From Flavobacteriaceae bacterium (GTDB lineage: Bacteria; Bacteroidota; Bacteroidia; Flavobacteriales; Flavobacteriaceae), in contig JAGYIX010000005.1 of the NCBI GenBank assembly GCA_018402205.1, positions 55,202 to 119,201 on the forward strand: 64,000 nucleotides of DNA, written 5' to 3'. The translations under genes were made by a program, and so were the position numbers. The notes under the pieces were generated by a model that saw only the letters and a program-made list of their open reading frames with translations, was not told the origin of the DNA and ran no database searches. Below are positions 1-9,630 of this stretch, in pieces. Each line of letters starts with the position of its first letter. Within the stretch, counting starts at the first letter, position 1.

Positions 1-2
1 GG

Positions 3-905
3 CGTTTAAAGCGTTTATTTGACCGTCGAGGCATCACTATGGCCGGATGGGAAGACATTCTTCTTGACCATTCCAATAAAAGTCAAGGCGAAACGAAAAT
101 AGCCGAAGAAACTCTAAACTACGAAGCAATACCTTTTGTATGGAATACAAGCTGGGGCGAAGGTAGAGAAGATATGATCTACAAAATGGCGAATGAAGGA
201 TTTACCCCAATTATGAGTAATTCTTCGGCCTTCTATTTTGACATGGCCGACGACAAAGACATGGAGAGCTACGGTTTAAACTGGTCAGGATATGTCGATT
301 ACATCGATGCTTGGGGAATAAATCCGCTAGATGTATTTTCAAATCTAAGCTTTCGAGAAAAACACCATTTACATCAAAAATATATTGATGAACGCATCAA
401 ACTCAACCCCGATAAAACATCTAATTTTTTAGGAATACAAGGTCAACTATGGACAGAAACAGCCAGAACAGAATCTATTTTCGATGAACTACTTCTTCCC
501 AATTTGATCGTTTTGGCTGAAAGAGCGTGGGCGCCTTCACCGCTTTGGCATGAAATATCTGAAGCAAAAGCACAGAATAAAATGAGCCAAGACGAGTGGA
601 ACGTTTTTAGCAACACTCTCGGCCAGCGCATACTTCCTTTGATAAGTTATTGGTACCCCTCTATCGCCTATCATCTGCCTAAACCGGGGGCAAAAATAAT
701 CGATGGGCAGTGGAAGGTGAGAACTGTTTTTCCGGGGTTAAAGGTTCATTATAGTGTCGATAATGAAACGCCTACTTCAAATCATCCTTTTTACACCAAA
801 CCCCTTAGTACAAGCTTGACTAAAAACTCCATTTACGCGTTTTTGATCCAAACCAGCGCGGAGGAAAATCAATCCTTTCTTTACATTAACTCTTATACCA
901 TTTTC
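3..905 (+). CDS. beta-N-acetylhexosaminidase (GH20), C-terminal part; 5-prime end lies upstream of the window and no in-frame stop precedes the next gene
   Basis: Frame 3 is open from nt 3 (RLKRLFDRRGIT precedes the first Met). GH20 C-terminal signatures GIQGQLWTETARTE and LLPNLIVLAERAWAP, then a CHB_HEX_C-like tail (LKVHYSVDNETPTSNHPFYTKP). The end coordinate is nominal because the frame continues into the ATG at 906. Confidence 0.75.
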
Positions 906-1625
906 ATGCCCTACTCTTATCATCTAGCGGTTTCTGATCTATTTGAATCTATTGTTGAAGCTAACGAAAAGGAACTTGCACAAGCCATTGAATGGTTCAC
1001 AGACTCATTGATTCAAGATCATCTAATTCACACTTTTGGAACGGGCCATTCACATATGATCGGCCTAGAGCTCTTTGTAAGGGCAGGTGGGCTGGCCAAT
1101 GTAAACGCCCTGCTTGATTCCACTGTAATGACCGCAGAAGGAGCGCGTAGATCTGCAGAAATAGAACGTATTAGTGGATTCTCAAAGGTCATTTGGGATC
1201 AGCACAAAATCGCAAAAGAAGATTTGTTTCTGATCTGTTCAAATTCTGGACGCAACGCTATGCCAATAGAAATGGCTCTTTTAGCCAAAGAAAATGGAAA
1301 TAAGGTTATCGCCATCACCTCATTGACTCAATCCCAAAAGTATCCTTCTAGAATTGCGTCTCAACCTAAACTGTATGAGATAGCTGACCTAGTATTAGAC
1401 AACAAGGTTCCATCGGGTGATGGTCTATTGCAGCTTGGCGAAGAGCACATAGGTGCAGCCTCTACCCTGGCCGGATGTTTTCTAGTGAATCTCATCGCTA
1501 CTGAGGCGATGAAAAAAGCCCAATCTAAGGGAGTCAAACTTCCAGTTTACTATAGTCAAAATTTAGACGGATACAGCAATGAAGAATTATACACCCGTTA
1601 TAATGGGCGTATAAAACATCTCTAA
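906..1625 (+). CDS. SIS (sugar isomerase) domain protein, UPF0309 type
   Basis: 239-codon module with its own ATG. Motifs HTFGTGHSHMIGLELFVRAGGLA and LICSNSGRNAMPIEMAL are typical of single-domain SIS proteins. It lies in the same frame as the GH20 remnant, with no stop between them. Confidence 0.7.
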   Translation: MPYSYHLAVSDLFESIVEANEKELAQAIEWFTDSLIQDHLIHTFGTGHSHMIGLELFVRAGGLANVNALLDSTVMTAEGARRSAEIERISGFSKVIWDQHKIAKEDLFLICSNSGRNAMPIEMALLAKENGNKVIAITSLTQSQKYPSRIASQPKLYEIADLVLDNKVPSGDGLLQLGEEHIGAASTLAGCFLVNLIATEAMKKAQSKGVKLPVYYSQNLDGYSNEELYTRYNGRIKHL

Positions 1626-1668
1626 AGAAAAAACTGTAGGGTTGTGATGCTGCGAAAAAACTTCGATT

Positions 1669-2070
1669 TTAATTACTCGACTTTGTAGTAATAAGTATCA
1701 CACCACCGGCACCCATAAACCCGTATTGGGCGAAATCTTGAGGGTTCTTAAGTACGCGAATGCTGCCGATCTCTAAAGGATTTAAAGTAGAAGCTGCTCT
1801 TGAAAAATCTCCAACCTGAGCTCCATCAATAATAAATAAAACCTGCTTTGGATTATTAACACTAGAAACACCTCTAAGAAAGATTTCTGCACTGGCGTCG
1901 CTTCCGCGAATGACCAATCCGGCTTGCTGACGAAGTCGATCCAAAAGGCTCATATTGCCCATGTTTTGGCCCTCTTCAGTAGATGCTGCCGAAGAAGCAT
2001 TTTTTGTAGTCGAGCAGCTAACTGCAGTGAGTAAAAAGAGCGCAGAGGCTATAGTAAGTGTCCATTTCAT
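1669..2070 (-). CDS. small lipoprotein consisting of a stand-alone TonB-receptor plug-like domain
   Basis: Lipobox LLTAVSC. LVIRGSDASAEIFLRGVSSVNNPKQVLFIIDGAQV...IGSIRVLKNPQDFAQYGFMGAGGVILITTK resembles the plug region of SusC/TonB-dependent receptors, but the ORF ends at 133 aa with no barrel. Confidence 0.55.
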   Translation of the reverse strand: MKWTLTIASALFLLTAVSCSTTKNASSAASTEEGQNMGNMSLLDRLRQQAGLVIRGSDASAEIFLRGVSSVNNPKQVLFIIDGAQVGDFSRAASTLNPLEIGSIRVLKNPQDFAQYGFMGAGGVILITTKSSN

Positions 2071-2224
2071 GATAGCTAGGTTATAAATTCTGTCAAAAGG
2101 TAGGGGTTAATTAGATTGAACCTTAGGCGTATAGTGTTAAAGTCTTGATTTGAGCGTGTTAAAATACCTTTCACAGGGGTCGGCTTTTTTGCCGATACGC
2201 AAGACTATCTTATCTTTTGACATT

Positions 2225-3292
2225 ATGAGCGCTGATCAAACGATTCGAATTTTAGTAGTTGGCTGTGGCAATATGGGTGCCTCGCACGCCAAGGCCTATG
2301 AAGCGCATCACGCATTTGATATTTGCGGGTTGGTTTCAAGAGGCTCAAGCAAGAACACCCTCAATGACGCGTTAAAGGGCGACTACCCCTTATTCGACGA
2401 TTACGAATCAGCCCTAATACAGACCAAACCTGACGCCGTTTGTATCTCTACCTATCCAGAGACCCATGAACCCTACACGCTGGCCGCCCTCGAAATGGGT
2501 TGCCATGTCTTTCTTGAAAAACCCATTGCAACCACGGTGGCCGGAGGCCTGCGCATTAGTGAAAAGGCGAAAGCGCTGAACAAAAAAGTAGTGGTCGGAT
2601 ACATCCTTAGACACCACCTAGTATGGAAGCGCTTTATTGAGGAAGCTCAAAAACTAGGCAAGCCACTAGTTATGCGCATGAACCTAAATCAGCAAAGTCA
2701 AGGCTACATGTGGAATGTGCACAAAAGCCTCATGCAATCTTTAAGCCCCATTGTCGACTGCGGTGTACACTACCTCGACGTCATGTGCCAAATGACCCAG
2801 GCTAAACCCGTCAGTGTTTCGGCCATAGGCGCACGACTTACCGATGAAATCCCTGCTGACAATTACAATTATGGCCAGTTGCAGATTCGTTTTGACGACG
2901 GATCGGTGGGCTGGTACGAGGCCGGATGGGGCCCCATGGTCAGTGAAACGGCCTTTTTTGTAAAAGACGTATTTGGACCGAACGGCAGCGTCTCACTCAC
3001 CCAAGACCAACAGCGCTCTGACTGTGTCGACGGACACTCTAAAGCCGATCTAATGCGTGTTCACCATGCGGCTATTGACCAAGACAACCATTTTTTAAAA
3101 GCTGATGAGCTCATCCGCTTCGAACACAGCCCAGACCATCAAGAACTCTGCGATAACGAGCAAGCCTATTTTTACGAGGCTATTGCTGAAAACAAAGACC
3201 TCAGCAGCCACCTAAACGATGCGGTAACCAGTCTTCAAATTGCACTGGCCTGCGATCAATCGGTTAAAGAACAACGTACTATTACCCTTTAA
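2225..3292 (+). CDS. Gfo/Idh/MocA family NAD(P)-dependent oxidoreductase (no signal peptide)
   Basis: Rossmann N-terminus IRILVVGCGNMGASHAKAY and FLEKPIA motif. Start moved from the TTG at 2150 to the ATG at 2225, which sits just before the Rossmann strand. Confidence 0.8.
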   Translation: MSADQTIRILVVGCGNMGASHAKAYEAHHAFDICGLVSRGSSKNTLNDALKGDYPLFDDYESALIQTKPDAVCISTYPETHEPYTLAALEMGCHVFLEKPIATTVAGGLRISEKAKALNKKVVVGYILRHHLVWKRFIEEAQKLGKPLVMRMNLNQQSQGYMWNVHKSLMQSLSPIVDCGVHYLDVMCQMTQAKPVSVSAIGARLTDEIPADNYNYGQLQIRFDDGSVGWYEAGWGPMVSETAFFVKDVFGPNGSVSLTQDQQRSDCVDGHSKADLMRVHHAAIDQDNHFLKADELIRFEHSPDHQELCDNEQAYFYEAIAENKDLSSHLNDAVTSLQIALACDQSVKEQRTITL

Positions 3293-3303
3293 ATTTCACC
3301 CCT

Positions 3304-4779
3304 ATGAACAAATTACTTACTCTTTGCGCAGTGCTACTCAGCTCGATGAGCTGGGCGCAGCGCAGCCTTCCGCCTGATACCCTGAGCATTAAAACCGATC
3401 GCATACGCGTGGGCTCAGAATGGCTAGACTATTCGGTAGAAGTCGGCACTCAGCCCGTTTGGGACACCGATGGTAGCACTATCGCCTATTTACAGTATAC
3501 CTACTACAAGCGACTAGGTGTTGACAGTGAAACTAGACCATTGCTCATGAGCTTTAATGGAGGCCCAGGTTCTGGCTCTGTTTGGATGCACCTAGCTTAC
3601 ACCGGCCCAAAGGTACTTCGGGTAGATTCAGAGGGATTTCCGGTTCAGCCTTATGGGGTTAAAGACAATCCAAATACCGTGCTCACCGACACCGATATCG
3701 TGTTCATTAATCCGGTTAATACGGGCTATTCACGCACCGTTCCATTGGCCGGAAAAGAGGTTGACCGCAAAAAGTTCTTTGGTATCGATGCCGACATCAC
3801 CTATTTGGCCGAATGGCTGAATACCTTTGTGACCCGCCACAACAAATGGCGCGCCCCCAAGTATATCATCGGGGAAAGCTACGGAGGCACCCGCGTAATG
3901 GGCCTTGCCCTTACCCTTCAAGAAGAACAGTGGATGTACCTCAACGGAGTAATCATGGTGAGCCCAGCAGACTATCAGGTGCTCAGAGTGGGCGGACCGG
4001 TTTCTGAGGCGCTAAACCTGCCCTATTACTCGGCTACTGCCTGGTACCACAAGCAGCTCGACAGCGAACTACAGGCCTTGAGTCTTGAGTCACTGTTAGA
4101 AACCACCGAGGCCTACACCGTAGACACCCTGCTTCCGGCCCTAGCCAAAGGCGGATCATTAGAAGCCGCCGAGCGTCAGCAAATCGCTAGCGACATGGCC
4201 CGTTATACCGGGCTGAGCAAAGAAGATGTTCTCGCCCTCAATCTTTCGGTGCCTACAGGATACTTCTGGAAGAATCTGCTCAAAGAAGAGGGGTTCACTG
4301 TGGGTCGACTTGACAGCCGTTACAAAGGAATCGACAAAGAAGGCGTAGGCATGCGACCCGATTACAATTCAGAACTTACCTCGTGGCTGCACAGTTTTAC
4401 TCCGGCCATAAACTACTACTACAACGAAGTGCTCGGATTTAGAACCGATGTAAAGTACAATATGTTTGGCCCGGTGCGCCCATGGGAAGACGACCGCGTA
4501 AACACACGAGAAGATTTGCGCGCAGCCATGGCCGAGAACCCATATCTGCACGTGCTCAATCAATCGGGATACTTTGATGGCGCAACCACCTATTTTAATG
4601 CCAAGTATACGCTATGGCAAATCGATCCTAGCGGACGCTTCAACGATCGCATGGAGTTTAAAGGCTATGAATCTGGGCACATGATGTACCTAAGAGAAGC
4701 CGATTTAAAGGCGGCAAATCAAGACCTAAAAGCCTTTATTCAGCGCACCCAAACCAATGGAAAACCCGCTAAATACTAG
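3304..4779 (+). CDS. secreted S10-family serine carboxypeptidase
   Basis: Signal peptide MNKLLTLCAVLLSSMSWAQ. Motifs NGGPGSGS, GESYGG (nucleophile Ser) and C-terminal ESGHMMY (His). Confidence 0.8.
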   Translation: MNKLLTLCAVLLSSMSWAQRSLPPDTLSIKTDRIRVGSEWLDYSVEVGTQPVWDTDGSTIAYLQYTYYKRLGVDSETRPLLMSFNGGPGSGSVWMHLAYTGPKVLRVDSEGFPVQPYGVKDNPNTVLTDTDIVFINPVNTGYSRTVPLAGKEVDRKKFFGIDADITYLAEWLNTFVTRHNKWRAPKYIIGESYGGTRVMGLALTLQEEQWMYLNGVIMVSPADYQVLRVGGPVSEALNLPYYSATAWYHKQLDSELQALSLESLLETTEAYTVDTLLPALAKGGSLEAAERQQIASDMARYTGLSKEDVLALNLSVPTGYFWKNLLKEEGFTVGRLDSRYKGIDKEGVGMRPDYNSELTSWLHSFTPAINYYYNEVLGFRTDVKYNMFGPVRPWEDDRVNTREDLRAAMAENPYLHVLNQSGYFDGATTYFNAKYTLWQIDPSGRFNDRMEFKGYESGHMMYLREADLKAANQDLKAFIQRTQTNGKPAKY

Positions 4780-4800
4780 CGGGTTTTTCCCTTTTTTACG
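4761..4800 (+). terminator. rho-independent terminator overlapping the carboxypeptidase stop codon
   Basis: Perfect 10-bp stem AAAACCCGCT / AGCGGGTTTT with the 7-nt loop aaatact, followed by a T-rich tract (tcccttttttacg). Confidence 0.7.
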
Positions 4801-4818
4801 ACCTAATCTTACACACCA

Positions 4819-6987
4819 ATGAATCGCAACACCCCGTTCATTTTGCTGTTTTTGTTGGTGCTTATCGCTTTGCCTATAAGCGCTCAAGTGAACGCCAAAG
4901 ACTACCGTCTAGCTATTGAAAAAATTAGCGAAAAGATAGTCATAGATGGGGTCCTCGATGAGCCTGCCTGGAACCGCGCCCAAGTGGCCAAAGACTTTTT
5001 TATGATTACTCCAGTAGACACAGGTAAGGCCCGTCAACATTCTGAAGCCCGAGTTGCCTTTGATGACGAATACCTATATATATCTGTGATCTTTTACAAC
5101 AATGCCGTTAAAGGACCTTACGTAGTCGAATCGTTTAAGCGCGATTTTTCATTCGGTAAAAACGATAACCTGCTCATCGCCATAGACCCCTTTGACAACC
5201 AAACAACGGGCTTCACTTTCGGGCTTAATGCCTACGGAGCCCAATGGGATGGCACTATGTTTGAAGGGCGCGGAGTCGACCTTAACTGGGATACGAAGTG
5301 GTACTCAGAGGTGCGATTCGATGAAGACAAGTGGGTGGGCGAGATGGCCATTCCGTTTAAATCGATTCGCTACGACGAAACCATTAAAGAATGGGGAATC
5401 AACTTCAGTCGTCTAGACCTCAAAGCCAGCGAAAAATCGAGCTGGGCCCCTGTGCCTAGGCAGTTTCCGTCAGTCTCACTAGCCTTTGCGGGTAGGTTGG
5501 TGTGGGAAACTCCTCCGCCTGAGCAAAAGGTGAACGCCTCTTTTATCCCGTACGTTTCGAGCATCTCTGAAGGAACCAACCTGACCGACGATCAAAGTAA
5601 GATTAAAGTGGGCGCCGATCTGAAGTATACGCTCACCACCGCATTGAACCTTGATGCCACCATCAACCCCGACTTCTCTCAGGCAGAGGTCGATCAGCAG
5701 GTCACCAATCTCGATCGATTCGAGCTCTTTTTCCCAGAACGCCGTCAGTTTTTTCTTGAAAACGCCGACCTGTTTTCGAATTTTGGATACCGAACCATCC
5801 GCCCATTTTTCTCTAGACGCATTGGGCTCAACGTACCCATAGTAGCCGGAGCACGACTGAGCGGAAACCTAGATGAGAACTGGCGTATTGGCCTTATGAA
5901 TATTCAAACTAGGGCCGAAGACCTTATGGGCCTTGGCGCTGAGAATTACAGTGTTCTGAGCCTTCAACGTAAGGTAAAAGAGCGATCAAACATTAACTTT
6001 TTACTAGTCAATAAAGAGGCCCCCAATACCGACGCTTCACTATCCGAACGCTTTCACCGCAACGCAGGGGTCGAATACAACTACTTCTCTGAAGACAATC
6101 AGTACAACGGAAAGGTGATGCTCTTGCAATCGTTTAGCCCAGACCCCGAAAAAGAGGGAACCGTTATTGCCTCGCATCTAGAACACCAATCGATTCGCTG
6201 GAACTGGCGCGTGCAACAGGAGTATATCTCACAAGACTTTAGGGCAGACGTGGGCTTTGTGCCGCGCACCAACTTCCACAAATTCGAGGCCTCGGCGGGC
6301 CATCTCATCTACACTAAGAATACAAAAAACCCATTACTTTCTCACGGCCCCAGCGTTGCACGCACCTATTTCTTTGACTCAGACTTTGAGCGCACCGATC
6401 AATTCGACGAGCTGCGTTACCGCTTTAATTTTCAGAACCGCAGTCAATTTTCAGTAGCCGCAATGCACACTTATATTTTGTTGTTGGCCGACTTTGACCC
6501 AATTCGAAACGGCATAGCGGTGCTCGAAAAGGGCAGTGAACACAGCTACACGAGCTTTATGCTCTCTTACGATTCAAAGCCTCAAAACCTTTTCACCTAC
6601 TCTATCGACGCCATAGTCGGAGGCTATTTCGCCGACTCTAAGCGCAACGCCCTGGTAGGCGAATTCGGTTACCGCATACAGCCCATTTTAGAACTGAGCT
6701 CGGTGATTAACTACAACCAATTCGAGCTTCCAGAACCCTGGAACGATCAGTCGTTTTGGCTGGTCGGTCTAAAGGCCAATCTCACGCTTACCGACAACTT
6801 GTTCTTTTCAAACCTCTACCAATACAACGAGCAGGTCGACCTGTGGAATTTCAACTCTAGGCTTCAGTGGCGCTACAAGCCGGCCTCGGATATCTTCTTG
6901 GTCTTTAACAGTAACGAGGTGACTATTCCGTCGTTTTCTAGCGGATGGAATCTTACCTTCAAGATCAATTATTGGCTCAACCTATGA
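4819..6987 (+). CDS. CBM9-like / DUF5916 outer-membrane-type protein
   Basis: Signal peptide, then an N-terminal IDGVLDEPAWNRAQVAKDF motif typical of CBM9-like domains. Long beta-rich C-terminal region ending in an aromatic-rich strand (FKINYWLNL). Confidence 0.65.
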   Translation: MNRNTPFILLFLLVLIALPISAQVNAKDYRLAIEKISEKIVIDGVLDEPAWNRAQVAKDFFMITPVDTGKARQHSEARVAFDDEYLYISVIFYNNAVKGPYVVESFKRDFSFGKNDNLLIAIDPFDNQTTGFTFGLNAYGAQWDGTMFEGRGVDLNWDTKWYSEVRFDEDKWVGEMAIPFKSIRYDETIKEWGINFSRLDLKASEKSSWAPVPRQFPSVSLAFAGRLVWETPPPEQKVNASFIPYVSSISEGTNLTDDQSKIKVGADLKYTLTTALNLDATINPDFSQAEVDQQVTNLDRFELFFPERRQFFLENADLFSNFGYRTIRPFFSRRIGLNVPIVAGARLSGNLDENWRIGLMNIQTRAEDLMGLGAENYSVLSLQRKVKERSNINFLLVNKEAPNTDASLSERFHRNAGVEYNYFSEDNQYNGKVMLLQSFSPDPEKEGTVIASHLEHQSIRWNWRVQQEYISQDFRADVGFVPRTNFHKFEASAGHLIYTKNTKNPLLSHGPSVARTYFFDSDFERTDQFDELRYRFNFQNRSQFSVAAMHTYILLLADFDPIRNGIAVLEKGSEHSYTSFMLSYDSKPQNLFTYSIDAIVGGYFADSKRNALVGEFGYRIQPILELSSVINYNQFELPEPWNDQSFWLVGLKANLTLTDNLFFSNLYQYNEQVDLWNFNSRLQWRYKPASDIFLVFNSNEVTIPSFSSGWNLTFKINYWLNL

Positions 6988-7079
6988 TGAAAATGCGCAG
7001 TTTAGTTCTTCTGCTTTTAGGCATTGCCCTAACGCATGCCATTACAAGCCCAAGAGGTCGATTGGCGCCACCTAGATGA
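6984..7079 (+). other. orphaned signal-peptide mini-ORF, probable true 5-prime end of the GH3 gene but in another frame
   Basis: ATG 6984 overlaps the upstream TGA as ATGA. It encodes MMKMRSLVLLLLGIALTHA..., a classic Sec signal, then runs out of frame to a TGA at 7077-7079. Confidence 0.65.
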
Positions 7080-9588
7080 GCGCCTGAGCTTCGAAGAGCG
7101 CACCGAGATTCTGGTGGCTCAACTCAGCACCGAAGAAAAAATAGCTCAACTGGTTCATGAGGCCCCGGCCATAGAGCGGCTGAAAATTCCGGCCTATAAC
7201 TGGTGGAACGAGGCCCTTCACGGAGTGGCTCGAAGCGGATACGCCACGGTCTTTCCGCAATCAATTTCGGTGGCGGCCTCTTTTGATAAGGAGCTGCTGC
7301 ATCGAATAGGCTCGGTCACCTCAGACGAAGCCCGCGCCAAACACCACGATTTTATTCGGCAAAACAAAAGAGGCATCTACACGGGCCTCACCTTTTGGTC
7401 GCCAAACATCAACATCTTCAGAGACCCTAGATGGGGTCGAGGGCACGAAACCTATGGAGAAGACCCCTTTCTCACTGGCTCCTTAGCTTCAGCATTTATT
7501 AAGGGTTTACAAGGCAATGACCCTAAATACCTCAAAACCGTCGCCACCTCAAAGCACTTCGCCGTGCATTCAGGGCCCGAGGCCCTTCGACACGGCTTCG
7601 ACGTAGACGTGAGTGATGTAGATCTCTACGAGACCTATCTAGAGGCTTTTCGAATGACGGTGGTCGACGCCAAGGTGGCCTCAGTGATGAGCGCCTACAA
7701 CCGCTTTCGAGGAGCGCCCGCCTCGGCAAGCCATTTCTTGCTCGAAGAAACCCTAAGGCAGCAGTGGGGCTTTGACGGATACGTGGTCTCCGACTGCGGA
7801 GCGATTGGAGACATTCTCTACAACCACAAAATAGTCGACAGCAAGGCAGAGGCAGCGCGCATGGCCCTAGAGGGCGGATGCGATCTGAATTGCGGCTCAA
7901 CCTACCTCAGCCTCAAAGAGCTTATGGCCAAGGGTATTCTAAAAGAAGAGGCCGTCGATAAAGCCGTTAAACGTCTTTTTTTGAGCCGATTCAAACTGGG
8001 GATGTTTGACAGCGACGAATCTGTAGCATTCAGCCAACTGCCCATAGGCATAGTAGGCGCAGAGGCGCATCTCGACTTAGCACGAGAGGCCGCTCAGAAA
8101 AGCATCGTATTGCTCAAAAACGACAACCAGCTTTTACCGTTACATAAAGATCAACTCAAGAAAATAGCGGTGATAGGGCCCAATGCTGACAACTGGGAGT
8201 CGCTTGTCGGCAACTACCACGGAACCCCCATTGAGCCCATAACCTTTCTCAAAGGACTCCAAAACAAACTGAGCCCTGAGGTAGCCATCAGCTACGCTAA
8301 AGGATCTCATTTTAGCGACGATGTGTACAGCCTAGACCCCATTGCCTCGGTCTATTTTGAGACTAGTGACGGTCGCCAGGGCCTAGAGGCCTCGTATTAC
8401 GACAACATGAATTGGCAGGGTGAGCCCGTGCTCAGGCGCATCGACGACCAGATTGATTTTTGGTGGGAGCACGACCTTATTTCCAAAGAGCTTGACGACT
8501 TTTTCTCGGTTAAATGGACGGGCTTTCTCAAAGTGCCCGAATCAGGATCTTACGAACTCGCCGTATTCGCGAAAATGGGCATGAATCTGCGCATAGGTGA
8601 AGAAGAAATTGGCAATGGCCAGGGAATGGTGCACGAGACTACCTATGCCCGCAAAGCACTGAAGCTAGAAAAGGGGGTCAAATACCCCATTGAGGTGAAA
8701 TACTTCAGCGACGATTCAAACGCTGAATGCCGATTGCTTTGGACACGCACCGACACCGATCTTCAGGCTGAAGCCGTTAAGTTGGCTCAAGAAGCCGACC
8801 TGAGTGTAGTGGTCTTAGGGCTAAGTCAGCGGCTCGAAGGCGAGGGCGGTGACCGTAAAGACATAGCCCTACCGAAGGTTCAGACCGACCTGCTCAAGGC
8901 CATTAAGGCCCAAGGCAAGCCTGTAATTTTAGTGCTGAATGCCGGATCAGCCCTAGCCATAAACTGGGCCAAAGACGAAATCGATGCCATTCTAAGCGTA
9001 GGATACCCTGGCGAGCAAGGAGGTAACGCATTGGCTGATGTGCTCTTAGGAGACTACAATCCGGCCGGAAGACTGCCGATTACCTATTATAGCTCACTTG
9101 ATGAGCTGCCAGATTTTGAAAGCTACGACATGAGGGAGCGCACCTATCGCTACTACAGCGGTGAGCCCTTGTATCCATTCGGATACGGCCTTAGTTATAC
9201 CGAATTTAGCTACAGTAACCTCAAAGCCCCTGAGGCTGCCAGTGCCGGAGATCCGCTTGAAATAGCCGTTACGGTGACCAACACGGGAGATAGGGCCGGA
9301 GACGAAGTCGTTCAAGTATACCTCACCGATGAAAAGGCGAGCACCCCAAGACCCCAGCATCAACTGGTGGCTTTTGAACGTATCTACCTGAATGCCGGAG
9401 AACAAAAAGAAGTGAAAATCTCTATAGCCCCTAGGCACTTCTCTATGGTCAACCTCCAATCTGAGCGCGTCATAGAAGCCGGATCTTTTATGCTACATGT
9501 AGGTTCAGGTCAGCCTCAATTCACGCCTGCGGGTGCTCAGGTACAAAAACGCATCCGCATAAAGGGTAACGCCGAGCTGCCTCTTTAA
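7036..9588 (+). CDS. GH3 beta-glucosidase/beta-xylosidase with a PA14 insertion; the ORF as written lacks a signal peptide
   Basis: Motifs RDPRWGRGHETYGEDP, KHFAVHSGPE and VVSDCGAI (nucleophile Asp region). PA14-like insert (EASYYDNMNWQGEPV...KYPIEVKYF). Fn3-like C-terminus. Confidence 0.9.
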   Translation: MPLQAQEVDWRHLDERLSFEERTEILVAQLSTEEKIAQLVHEAPAIERLKIPAYNWWNEALHGVARSGYATVFPQSISVAASFDKELLHRIGSVTSDEARAKHHDFIRQNKRGIYTGLTFWSPNINIFRDPRWGRGHETYGEDPFLTGSLASAFIKGLQGNDPKYLKTVATSKHFAVHSGPEALRHGFDVDVSDVDLYETYLEAFRMTVVDAKVASVMSAYNRFRGAPASASHFLLEETLRQQWGFDGYVVSDCGAIGDILYNHKIVDSKAEAARMALEGGCDLNCGSTYLSLKELMAKGILKEEAVDKAVKRLFLSRFKLGMFDSDESVAFSQLPIGIVGAEAHLDLAREAAQKSIVLLKNDNQLLPLHKDQLKKIAVIGPNADNWESLVGNYHGTPIEPITFLKGLQNKLSPEVAISYAKGSHFSDDVYSLDPIASVYFETSDGRQGLEASYYDNMNWQGEPVLRRIDDQIDFWWEHDLISKELDDFFSVKWTGFLKVPESGSYELAVFAKMGMNLRIGEEEIGNGQGMVHETTYARKALKLEKGVKYPIEVKYFSDDSNAECRLLWTRTDTDLQAEAVKLAQEADLSVVVLGLSQRLEGEGGDRKDIALPKVQTDLLKAIKAQGKPVILVLNAGSALAINWAKDEIDAILSVGYPGEQGGNALADVLLGDYNPAGRLPITYYSSLDELPDFESYDMRERTYRYYSGEPLYPFGYGLSYTEFSYSNLKAPEAASAGDPLEIAVTVTNTGDRAGDEVVQVYLTDEKASTPRPQHQLVAFERIYLNAGEQKEVKISIAPRHFSMVNLQSERVIEAGSFMLHVGSGQPQFTPAGAQVQKRIRIKGNAELPL

Positions 9589-9630
9589 GCACAAAGAATT
9601 GATTATCTTAACCTATTGATTTTCAAAAAG

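Noticed and set aside
1627-1665. Direct 9-nt repeat GAAAAAACT in the 43-nt convergent spacer, and the repeated ATTGATT at 9600-9625.
   Set aside because: These are short A/T-rich words expected by chance in AT-rich spacers, with no dyad symmetry or recognisable motif.
2180-2195. Small hairpin TCGGC-tttttt-GCCGA in the leader of the first oxidoreductase gene.
   Set aside because: The stem is only 5 bp and there is no upstream co-directional gene to terminate, so evidence for any regulatory role is insufficient.
2150-2224. 5-prime extensions of track ORFs starting at TTG/GTG (2150, 9616, 13950, 22125, 29532, 31297, 34256, 37827, 39444, 46113, 51085, 61377).
   Set aside because: In each case a downstream ATG sits immediately before a signal peptide or a conserved N-terminal motif and removes overlap with the neighbouring gene. 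The extensions encode non-conserved, often basic, junk-like sequence.
7532-7900. 122-aa arginine-rich minus-strand ORF inside the GH3 gene.
   Set aside because: It is fully antisense to a well-supported GH3 coding region. Its low-complexity R/S/P composition is typical of a shadow ORF in a GC-richer gene, and no family resemblance was seen.
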